Source: Anaeramoeba ignava BMAN (Eukaryota > Protista > Anaeramoebae). Taken from it: a stretch of DNA of 64,000 nt. The translations under genes were made by a program, and so were the position numbers. The notes below the pieces were generated by a model, which saw only the letters and a program-made list of their open reading frames with translations, made no database searches and was not told the origin of the DNA. Below are positions 50,701 through 62,721 of the stretch, piece by piece. The stretch covers positions 806,001-870,000 of the forward strand of contig JAPDFW010000092.1 of the NCBI GenBank assembly GCA_028826165.1, in the 5' to 3' direction. Every line of letters begins with the position of its first letter. Position 1 is the first letter of the stretch.

Positions 50701-53700
50701 TTTTTTAGAGGAGATTTCTTTGACTATTTTTTTAAATTTAAATTTAATTTTTTGATTTTTTGATTTTGATTTTGATTTTGATTTTGGATTTTGATTTTAA
50801 ATTTGATTTTGATTTTAAATTTGATTTTGATTTTGATTTTGATTTTGATTTTAAATTTGATTTTAAATTTAATTTTGAATTTGATTTTGATTTTGATTTT
50901 AATTTTGATTTTAATTTTAATTTTGATTTAAATTTAAATTTAATTTTTTGATTTTTTGATTTTGATTTTAATTTTGGATTTTGATTTTAAATTTGATTTT
51001 GATTTTGATTTTGATTTTGATTTTAAATTTGAAATTGATTTTGATTTTGATTTTGATTTTGAAATTGATTTTGAAATTGATTTTGATTTTGAAATTGATT
51101 TTGATTTTAGATTTGATTTTGATTTTAATTTTAATTTTGATTTTGATTTTGATTTTGATTTTGATTTTGAAATTGATTTTGATTTTGATTTTGATTTTAA
51201 TTTTGATTTTGATTTTGATTTTGATTTTGATTTTGATTTTGATTTTGATTTTAATTTTTTGATTTTGATTTTGATTTTAATTTTAATTTTAATTTTGATT
51301 ACATTCTCCATTTCGAAAAACATTAACAAAGCATTCATGTCTTGCCATTTTTTGTAAATTTTCTAAATTGCGATGAGCATCAAGCATTCCCATAATAGCT
51401 GCAAATGAAGAAATAAGGAAAATACAAACAGCATAATAATAATAATCTTCCAAAGACCAAACAAGAATAGCAAAAACTTGAAAAACAAATAAAGGATTAA
51501 GAATTTCATCAAGTAACAAACCAATATAAGATTTAACTGGAACATTAATTAAATTTTGTCCAAATAAATTTTTCCGATTTTTAATTTCATTTTTATCATT
51601 GATTCCATTTGACATTGTTGAGAGGATTTCTCTAAAATTTTTATTCATTTCAAATCTTTTCAAAATAATTTGAATAATTTGAATAATTTAAATAATATAA
51701 ATAATTTGAATAATTTGAATAATTTAAATAATTTAAATAATTTGAATAATTTGAATAATTTAAATAATTTAAATAATATAAATAATTTGAATAATTTAAA
51801 TAATATAAATAATATAAATAATATAAATAATATAAATAATATGAATAATTTGAATAATTTAAATAATTTAAATAATATAAATAATTTGAATAATTTAAAT
51901 AATTTGAATAATTTGAATAATTTAAATAATATAAATAATATAAATAATATAAATAATATGAATAATTTGAATAATTTAAATAATATGAATAATTTGAATA
52001 ATATAAATAATTTAAATAATTATATAAATAATTTAAATAATTTTGAATAATTTGAATAATTTGAATAATTTAAATAATATAAATAATATAAATAATTTGA
52101 ATAATTTGAATAATATAAAAATAAATATTAAATAATATAAATAATTTGAATAATTTGAATAATATAAATAATTTGAATAATTTAATTTGAATAATTTAAA
52201 TAATATAAATAATATAAATAATTTAAATATTTTGAATAATTTGAATAATTTAAAATAATTTAAATAGTTTAAATAATATGAATAATTTAAATAATTTAAA
52301 TAATTTAAATAATATGAATAATTTGAATAATTTGAATAATTTAAATAATTAAATAATTTAAATAAATTTAAATAATTTGAATAAAATTGAATAATTTGAA
52401 TAATTTGAATAATTAAAAAATATAAATAAATAATTTGAATAATATAAATAATATGAATAATTTGAATAATTTTGAATAATTTGAATAAATAAATAATTTG
52501 AATAATTTAAATAATATAAATAATATAAATAATTTAAATAATTTTAAATAATATAAATAATTTAAATAATTTAAATAATTTAAATAATATAAATAATATA
52601 AATAATATAAATAATTTAAATAATTTAAATAATTTAAATATTTTGAATAATTTGAATAAATATAAATAATTTAAATAATATGAATAATTTAAATGATATA
52701 AATAAATAAATAATATAAATAATATAAATAATTTAAATAATTTTAAATAATATAAATAATTTAAATAATATAAATAATTTAAATAATTTAAATAATTTTG
52801 AATAATTTGAAATGAATAATTTAAATAATTTTAAATAATTTAAAAATATAAATAATATAAATAATTTGAATAATTATGAATAATTTGAATAATTTAAATA
52901 ATTTGAATAATTTGAATAATTTGAATAATTTAAATAATTTAAATAATTTAAATAATATAAATAATTTAAATAATTTAAATAATTTAAATAATTTAAAATA
53001 ATATAAATAATATAAATAATTTAAAATAATTAAAAATAATATAAATAATTTGAATAATATAAATAAATGAATAATTTAAAAATATAAATAATATAATATA
53101 AATAATATGAATAATTTGAATAAATTGAATAAATTGAATAATTTGAATAATATAAATAATTTAAATAATATAAATAATTTAAATAATATGAATAATTTAA
53201 ATAATATAAATAATATAAATAATATGAATAATATGAATAATATAAATAATTTGAATAATTTAAATAATTTGAATAATATAAATAATTTAAATAATTTAAA
53301 TAATTTGAATAATATAAATAATTTGAATAATTTAAATAATTTGAATAATTTAAATAATTTAAATAAAAATATTGTAATTTGCCTTACTCAACTCTTTGGA
53401 ATGTTTGAGTAGTTGTATCTTGTAAATAATTAATAAATCTGTATTGAAAAGAAACTCTTTGATAATTATTTCCCTTTTGATCTATTAATTGAACATGATC
53501 TTTTTTGACGATATTAAAAGTTTTATCATCTCTCAAAATTAAAAAACGATCAGCATGATTTATATGAAGAACTTTACGATGAGTTGATTTGAGTTTTAAC
53601 TTTGGAAACCAGTGAAAAAAAAGAAGAGATAAACCAACTGTCAAAATAGCAAGAATAACAAAAAAAGTAGTTCTTATATAACTTCTTTTATAAAAAATTA

Positions 53701-53851
53701 AATAGCAAGTTATTTGTGATCCATCATCTGCTATATCAAAGATCTGGTGTGTGTTTTTTTCATCTGTTGAATCCTTTTTTTCAATTTTCTTTAGAATCTT
53801 GTTTTTTTCAATTAGACTTTCGTTTTCCAATGAATTTTTATTTGATATCAT
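47746..53851 (-). CDS. P5B-type P-ATPase (ATP13A2/ATP13A3/Ypk9-like, putative polyamine transporter), multi-exon
   Basis: Motifs LNPLFVFQ, WSLEDYYYYA, ESMLTGESTPV, KGSLVRSILFPKP, YCISPPRINVSG, DKTGTLT, KGSPE, TGDN, GMCGDGAND, EASIAAPFTS and NLGDWQYLYVD. Confidence 0.95.
51662..53365. repeat. 9-bp intronic tandem repeat (aataatttg/aataattta/aataatata), ~1.7 kb
   Basis: Direct inspection; lies in ATPase intron 51656-53387. Confidence 0.92.
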
Positions 53852-54061
53852 GATGGAAGCATAGAGTGTTTTAAGAGAAATATTTTAATTTTGTTTTTGA
53901 TTGTTTTGAATTTGTTTTAAAAAAAAATATTTTTTTTTTGATTGTTTTATTTTGATAAAAAAAATAAAGAAAAAAAAAATGAAAAGTTGAAAAATTGTTG
54001 AATAAAAATTTTTTTTCCTTTTATTAAATTAAATAAAAAATAAAAATAATAAAAAAAAATA

Positions 54062-54172
54062 TCTCGGAAGCAGGATTCGAACCTGCGACCCCTTGATATC
54101 TCTTTATTTTTAAATAAATTATTTAAAATTACAATCTACAGTCAAATGCTCTACCAACTGAGCTATTCCGAG
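54062..54172 (-). tRNA. trnY-GTA: tRNA-Tyr(GTA) with a 38-nt intron, inverted copy of 46274-46384
   Basis: The reverse complement matches the first copy over 111 nt, including the intron. Confidence 0.97.
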
Positions 54173-54249
54173 AATATTTAATTATTTTTTTTTTTTTCTT
54201 ATTTTTTAATTTTCAAAAATTTTATTATTTTAAATTAAATTTTTTTATT

Positions 54250-55835
54250 TTTTTAAATTAAAAATATTTTATTTATTAAATATAAATAAAATTAATTAGT
54301 TTTGATTTATATTTAATTTATATTTTATTTTATTTTTATATTTTTAAATTAATTCTATTTTATATTTTAAATTAAAAATGATTTTATTTTGATTATTTAT
54401 TAATTAAAAATATTTTATTTATTAAATATAAATAAAATTAAATAGTTTTGATTTATATTTAATTTATATTTTATTTTATTTTTATATTTTTAAATTAATT
54501 CTATTTTTATTTTAAATTAAAAATGATTTTATTATGATTATTTATTAATTAAAAATATTTTTATTTATTAAATATAAATAAAATTAAATAGTTTTAATTT
54601 TTATATTTAATTTATATTTTATTTTATTTTTATATTTTTAAATTAATTCTATTTTTATTTTAAATTAAAAATAATTTTTATTATGATTATTTATTAATTA
54701 AAAATATTTTATTTATTAAATATTAATAAAATTAAATAATTTTAATTTATATTTAGTTTATATTTTATTTTATTTTTATATTTTTAAATTAATTCTATTT
54801 TTTATTTTTAAATTAAAAATTGATTTTATTTTTGATTATTTATTAATTAAAAATATTTTATTTATTAAATTTAAACAAAATTAAATATTTTTGATTTATT
54901 TTAATTTATATTTTATTTTATTTTTATATTTTTAAATTAATTCTATTTATTATTTTAAATTAAAATTGATTTTATTTTGATTATTTATTAATTAAAAATA
55001 TTTTATTTATTAAATACTAATAAAATTAAATAGTTTTGATTTATATTTAATTTATATTTTATTTTATTTTTATATTTTTAAATTAATTCTATTTTTATTT
55101 TAAATTAAAAATGATTTTATTTTGATTATTTATTAATTAAAAATATTTTATTTATTAAAATATAAATAAAATTAATTAATTTTGATTTATATTTAATTTA
55201 TATTTTTATTTTATTTTTATATTTTTATTTTTAAATTCATTCTATTTTATATTTTAAATTAAAAATGATTTTATTTTGATTATTTATTAATTAAAAATAT
55301 TTTATTTATTAAATATTAATAAAATTAAATAATTTTGATTTATATTTAGTTTATATTTTTATTTTATTTTTATATTTTTAAATTAATTCCATTTTTATAT
55401 TTTAAATTAAAAATGATTTTATTTGATTATTTAGGAGACAAAAATATTTTTATTTATTAAATATGTCAAAAATTAAATAGTTTTAATTTATATTTAATTT
55501 ATATTTTATTTTATTTTTATATTTTTAAATTAATTCTATTTTATATTTAAAATTAAAATTGATTTTATTTTTGATTATTTATTAATTAAAAATATTTTAT
55601 TTATTAAATATTAATAAAATTAAATAGTTTTGATTTATATTTAATTTATATTTTATTTTATTTTTATATTTTTAAATTAATTCCATTTTTTATTTTAAAT
55701 TAAAAATGATTTTATTATGATTATTTATTAATTAAAAATATTTTATTTATTAAATATAAATAAAATTAATTAATTTTGATTTATATTTAATTTATATTTT
55801 ATTTTATTTTTATATTTTTAAATTAATTCCATTTT
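54250..55835 (-). repeat. 11 x ~146-bp AT-rich satellite array (right arm, inverted relative to 44585-46195)
   Basis: The landmark attc recurs at 54355, 54501, 54649, 54795, 54943, 55089, 55242, 55389, 55536, 55683 and 55829. Confidence 0.93.
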
Positions 55836-55968
55836 CTCCTTTTTTTTTGATTGTTGAAATTTCGCAAAAAAAAGGAGAAAGAAAATCTTTTCATTTTTTC
55901 ATTTTTTTCATTTTTTTTAATTTTTTTTTTAATTTTTTTTTTAATTGATAAGATCCCATTTTTCTCTT

Positions 55969-58900
55969 ATGGAATCAATTCGATCATCATCGTCCCTTGC
56001 TTTATTAACAGGAAAAGTACCCATAAGTCTTTATGACGAGAAATTTTGGGAGCAATTTTTTAACGAATTTCATTTGCCACTTTCAAAACTAAAATTTGTT
56101 TCAACAAACAAAGTTTTTTTACAAGAGTTTTTTCATTTTATTGAAAATAATTTAAAAACAGAAAACTTGCAGAAATTAATTTATAAAGGAATAGAGGGAA
56201 TCAGAACACTTAATGAACAAGAAATAAAAAAATCAGAAAAAGCAAAAAAATTTTTTCAAACAACAAATTTATTATTTTTAATAAAAATGTTTATTCACAT
56301 GTTTTTAGAAGTTCATCTTTCTCATAAAAAAATGGATGATTCACCTCAAAATCCTTTTTATTCATTCAAAACACAAAATCAAACAACTTCAACTGAAAAT
56401 GGTTTAAGTTTTATTCCAAAACCACCAGAAAAAACCTTTTCAGTTTCTTCATTTGATGATATTTTTAATACTTTTCCTACAGTTCCAGAAAAAATCCTTC
56501 AAAATCAAAATCTTTATCAACCTTCCAATTTAGAAAATCATTTCTATTTTCAATTAAATAGTAAAATCAAAATCAATTTGAAAATCAAAACCAAAATTAA
56601 AATCAAAATCAAAATCAAAATCAAAATCAAATTCAAATAAAAATTAAAATCAAAATCAAATTTAAAATCAAAATCAAAATCAAAATCAAATTCAAATTCA
56701 AAATTAAAATCAAATTCAAAATCAAAATCAAAATTAAAATTAAATTTGAAAATTAAAATTAAAATTAAAATTAATTTGAAAATTAAAATTAAAATCAATT
56801 TGAAAATTAAAATAAAAATAAAAATAAATCAAGAAAAAGAAATTGAACAAAATCAATCAATTCTTCAAGAATTAATCGAAACATTATCACAATTCCTCTT
56901 GAGCCACACAATGAAAAATTTATCAGATTACATAATTCAAATAGAAGCAATTTCGATACTTATAATTCTTCTATCTTCTGAAATTTATTCCTCATTTAAA
57001 AATACATCATCATTAAAAACATCAGATTATTATCCTTTCCAAATCCAAAAAATCTTCTTTTCACAAAATCAAGAAATTGCTAACTCTTTAATTTCTTTAT
57101 TTCTTTTAAACATTATTTCTCAAAAACAAATCACAAAATCAATCACTTTTAAACCAAAAATTTCACGGAAAAGTATCAAAAATTAAATTAAATTAAATTA
57201 AATTAAATTAAATTAAATTAAATCAAATTAAATTAAATCAAATTAAATCAAATTAAATCAAATTAAATTAAATTAAATCAAATTAAATTAAATTAAATTA
57301 AATTAAAATTAAATTCAAAATTAAATTAAATTAAATTAAATTCAAATCAAATTAAATCAAATTAAATCAAATTCAAAATTAAATCAATTAAATTAAATTA
57401 AAATTAAATTAAATCAAATTAAATCAAATTAAATCAAATTAAATCAAATTAAATCAAATTAAATCAAATTAAATCAAATTAAATCAAATTAAATCCAAAT
57501 CAAATCAAATTAAATTAAATCAAATTGAAAATTAAATTAAATCCAAAATCAAATCCAAAATAAAATCAAATTTAAATTAAATTAAATTAAATTAAATCAA
57601 ATCAAATTAAATTAAATTAAAATCAAAATTAAAATCAAAATTAAAATAAAAACCAAAATAAAATTTTAATTGATTTATTATATTCCGAAGATTGTTTTAT
57701 TGATGTGGATTATTCAACTTCAACTTTGGAAGATACACTAAATAATATTTTTGCAGATTCTACTCCAGTTGCAACATTCTCTCTTTCATTTATTTTAGCA
57801 CTTCTACAACCAACCCATTTTGGTTCAGAAAATACCCACAATCCTTATCAAGATGCCTTATCAAATATTACAAATTTTCAAGGATTTGGATTATCCGATT
57901 TTTCATCTTTACAAATTCCTTTTAATTCATTATTAAAAATAATATTTTCGTAAAGAAATAATTTCTATTTGGAATATTTATATATATATTTATATATATT
58001 TATATATATTTCCTTTTATTATTTTAGAAAAGAAAATATGAACGAACAAATGCTTCTTTTGGCTTTTCATCTTCTTTCCAAAAATTCTTCATTTCTTCAA
58101 TTTTCATTTTCAACTTCAATTTTCTTCACTTGTATTGAAAACTTAATAGATGAATTATATCAATTTACTAAAATTGAACCGCAATTAAAAGATGAAAGAA
58201 TTTCAGTTGTTCATTTGATTTTGGTTGTTTTACTTGTTTGGTCACAAGATCAATCATTTGGAATACTTCTTTCTTCAAAGGTTTTTCTTAAAAAAAAACA
58301 AAACAAAAAATTTTCCGAATTTGAATTTGAATTTGAATTTGAATTTTTTGATTTGAATCCCAAATAGTTTTCACAAAATTTATCACACAGATTGAAAACC
58401 AAGCATTTATCAAAACTTTCTCTTGGAAACTTGCTTATTCTTTTCTTATTAGAACTTGCAAAATCAAATCTTGAAAATTCTTTTGATATGGAATTTATCA
58501 ATATTATTTTTTCCACTGTTCATAATCTGGCATGTGTTTCTACTGAAATTTCAGTAGAAGTTTCTTGCACTTTTTGTGATATCATAAATTTTTTAACATC
58601 CAAAATTTTATCACTTATGGATCTCGATCAAAATCAGTTAGAAAATTCTGAAGACAATGAAGACGAAAAAAGATCACTTAAAGAAATCAAGCAATACAAC
58701 AAAATAATTGAGAAATTTGCGAAAGAAAAAACATCACTTTCTCACAAAATCCGAAAAAATTGGAACAAACACAATCAACTATTCAAAAATGATGAGAAAT
58801 ATTCAAGAAACGAACAAACAAATCATCCGACAAAATGGAATGAAATCAAAAGTTATGAATTTTTTGAAGAAAAAAAGACAGAAAGACCCAAAAGAACAAA

Positions 58901-59372
58901 TCCAATTTTTTGCCGAAACGTGTTTGTTGAAGCAAATATCCTTGATTTCTCTCCAAAACTGGCTTTTTATTCTGATATACTGACTCTTTTATGCGACACT
59001 TTGAATTTTATTTTAGTGACTAAATTAAGAAATAATATTCGAATCTTAGTTTGTATTTTAATTCATTGCAGAGTTTTGTTTTTATTTGAACAGCATCCTC
59101 GAATTTGGAAATTTGTTCATAATTTGAAAAAACTTTCCAAAATATTCCAGTTTGAATCACTTGAACATGATTTAATTAAATTCAAAAATCACAATCAAAT
59201 TGTGAATAAATTCACATCAATGATTCCAACAATTCAACTTGAATTAAAAGGTTTGCATAGTTTTCCTTTGAAAATATTTCGTTTTCAAGACAATTCTTCA
59301 AATCAAAATTTCTTAATCTTGGAAACTTGGTCATCTATTGGTAAATATAGTTCTTTTTGTTGGAATCTTTAA
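55969..59372 (+). CDS. DYM: Dymeclin-family protein, 5 exons
   Basis: LALLTGKVPISLYDEKFWEQFF, IENNLKTENLQKLI, FQTTNLLFLI, TPVATFSLSFILALL, NPYQDAL, LILVVLLVWSQDQSF and LSLGNLLILFL resemble dymeclin. In-frame GT-AG introns 56561-56833, 57173-57690, 57950-58027 and 58281-58367. Confidence 0.8.
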
Positions 59373-59570
59373 TAATAACTTTTGTTTTTTATTTTTTATT
59401 TCATAGAAAATTGTTTTTTTTTTTTGATTATTTTTTTATTTTTTTAAAAAGAAAAGAAAAAAGAAAAAAGATTTGTTTTTTTTTTTTGGAAATAAAAGCA
59501 AAATGGAAATGAAAAAAAAAAAATCAAAAAATGGATTGAAAAAAAAAATAATTGTTTCTTTTTTTGTTTT

Positions 59571-62524
59571 TCATTTTTTTTTCTTGATTTGTGTAAAGTA
59601 AATGATCACAATGATAATTGCCAATAAAACTAAAATAATTATAACAAAAATGATCTATTTTTTAAAAAGAAAATTTTTCTAAATAAATTTTTGGATTGAA
59701 AAAAAAAAATTTTTTTTTTTTTTTGCTTTTAAATAAATAAATAAATATTTTATATTTTAATTACCTTATTTACGATTGCTCTTCTTCCCATAATTGATAA
59801 TAATCTGTGACTTTTATCTACACTTACATCTGCAGTTTTAAGCTAAAAAAAAAATCAATCAAAAAATTTTTCAATCAAAAAAAAATCAATCAAAAAAAAA
59901 ATTTTTTCAATTAAATTAAATTTAAATTAAATACATTTGAACGAGAATTTTCTAAAACTTTTCTTTGATTATGTAAATCACCCAAAACTTGAGTTCCAAG
60001 TTCTTCAGTTTCAAAAGCAACTCTTTGAGTATCTTCAAGGATTCCAGTTGTTCGATCCAATTTTTCATTTGCTTCTAAAAGTGTTTTACGTTGATCTTGA
60101 CTTGTAACTTGTAAATCTGGTCTTCCTGAAAATAAAGAATCTCGATCTTCTTGATAAGAAAAAGATGCTATTGCATTTTTCAAGTCTTTTTGTAAATTGT
60201 TATATTTATCTTGAAGTTTTTGTATTTTTTTATTTGCTTCATTTCTGTTTTCTTGTGTTAAACTTCTTGCCTCAGTTTCCATTTGTTGAAGCTTTAAAGA
60301 ACAATTTATAATTTTATAAATAAATATATAAATAATTTTATAAATAATTTTATATTTAATTTTATAAATAATTTTATATTTAATTTAATAAATAATGTTA
60401 TAAATAATTATATAGATAATTTTATAAATAATTTTATAATTAAATATATAAATAATTTTATAAATAAATTTATAAATAATTTTATAAATAATTTTATAAA
60501 TAAATTTATAAATAATTTTATAAATAATTTTATAAATAATTTTATAAATAATTTTATAAATAATTTTATAAATAATTTTATAAATAAATATATAAATAAT
60601 TATATAAATAAATATATAAATAATTTAATAAATAAATATATAAATAATTTTATAAATAAATATATATAAATAAATTATATAAATAATTTTATAAATAATT
60701 TTTATAAATAATTTTATAAATAAATTTATATAAATAAATATATAAATAAATATATAAATAAATATATAAATAAATATATATAAATAATTTATAAATAAAA
60801 TATAAATAATTATATAAATAAATATATAAAATAAACAAATAAATAAATTTATAAATATAAAATAATTATATAAAATAATTTTATAAATAATTTTATAAAT
60901 AATTTTATAAATATATAAATAAATATATAAATAAATATATAAATAAATATATAAATAAATATATAAATAAATATATAAATAAATATATAAATAAATATAT
61001 AAATAATTTTTATAAATAAATATATAAAAATAAATATAAAAATAATCATATAATTTTTAAATAAAATAAATAAATAAAAAAAATATATATATTTAATTTT
61101 ATAAATAAATTTATAAATAATTTTATAAATAAATTTTATATTTAATTTTATAAATAAATATAAATAATTTTATAAATAATTTTATAAATAAATATATAAA
61201 TAAATATATAAATAATTATATAAATAAATATATAAATAATTTTTATAAATAAATATAAATAATTTTATAAATAATTATATAAATAATTTTATAAATAAAT
61301 ATATAAATAAATTTATAAATAAAATATATAAATAAAATTTATAAAATAAATATATAAATAAAATTTATAAATAATTTTATAAAATAAATATATAAATAAA
61401 TATAAATAAATATATAAATAAATATATAAATAAATATATATAAATAAATATATAAATAAAATATAAATAAAATAATAAATAATTTATAAATAACCAAATA
61501 TTTAATTATATAAATAATTTTATAAATAAATATATAAATAATTTAATAAATAATTTTTATAAATAATTTTATAAATAAATATATAAATAATTTTATAAAT
61601 AATTTTATAAATAATTTTATAAATAATTTTATAAATAAATATATAAAATAAATATATAAATAATTTTTATAAATAAATTTATAAATAAATATATAAATAA
61701 TTTTATAAATAATTTTATAAATAATTTTATAAATAAATATATAAATAAATTTATAAATAATTTTATAAATAATTTTATAAATAAATAATTTTATAAATAA
61801 AATAAATAAATAATTATAAATATAAAATATAAATAAAATAATTTTTATAAAATAATTTTATATAAACAAACATATATAAATAATTTTATATAAATAAAAA
61901 TATATAAAATAAATATATAAAAAATAATTTAAAATATATTTAAATAAAAAATATAATTAAATATATATAAATAAATATATAAATAAACATATAAAAAAAA
62001 CATATAAATAAAATTTTATAAATAATTTTATAAATAAATAAATAAATAATTATATAAATAAATATATAAATAAAAATTTTATAAATAAATATATAAATAA
62101 ATATATAAATAAATATATAAATAAATATATAAATAAATATATAAATAATTAAATATATAAATAAATATATAAATAAATTTATAAATAAATATATAAATAA
62201 TTTTATAAATAAATATATAAATAAATATATAATTAAATATATAAATAATTTTATAAATAAATATATAAATAATTTTATAAATAATTTTATAAATAATTTT
62301 ATAAATAAATATATAAATAATTTAATAAATAATTTTATATTTAATTTTATATTTATTTTTGTTATTAAATTTACCATATCAAAAGCTTCTTCTAATTCTT
62401 TTTGTGCAGAACGAATATTTTGTCTTCTTTCATCTCCTGAAAGTGTTGGTATTTTTGTATTTTTTTCTTGTATTGTTTTTGCTAAAGAAAGAAATTCTTC
62501 TTCATAATTTTCAATCATATCCAT
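59571..62524 (-). CDS. VTI1: Vti1-type Qb-SNARE, 4 exons
   Basis: MIENYEEEFLSL (Habc domain), QQMETEARS, SNARE motif QRVAFETEELGTQVLGDLHNQRKVL, MGRRAIVNK and a C-terminal TM helix; TGA at 59571-59573. Confidence 0.93.
60305..62370. repeat. ~12-bp degenerate intronic tandem repeat (ataaataatttt/ataaataaatat), ~2 kb
   Basis: Direct inspection; fills Vti1 intron 1. Confidence 0.9.
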
Positions 62525-62721
62525 TGTTTAAAATTGTTTAAAATTTGTTTAAATTTGGTTAAAATTGTTTAAAATTTGGTTAAAATTTAATGTTAATTTC
62601 AAATGAAATAATGTAAAATTTATTCAAAAAAAAAAATGAAAAAATGAAAAATGAAAAATGAAAAACGTTTTTTTTTTTAAATTCCAAATTTAATCGCTTT
62701 TTTATTTATTTTCTTTCAAAT

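Noticed and set aside
55431-55470. G/C-containing variant patch (aggagac...atgtc) in one right-arm satellite unit as a possible insertion footprint
   Set aside because: Unit length is unchanged (147 bp), so these are substitutions or consensus noise; there is too little signal to interpret.
44585-55835. Autonomous DNA transposon with long terminal inverted repeats
   Set aside because: No transposase, integrase or recombinase ORF and no recognisable target-site duplication; the outer ends stop at different points in the satellite unit.
418-62350. Many ILIL, DFDF, NNL, IYIF and KIKI low-complexity ORFs, plus short antisense or alternate-frame ORFs inside real genes
   Set aside because: They fall in intronic microsatellites or overlap well-supported genes in another frame.
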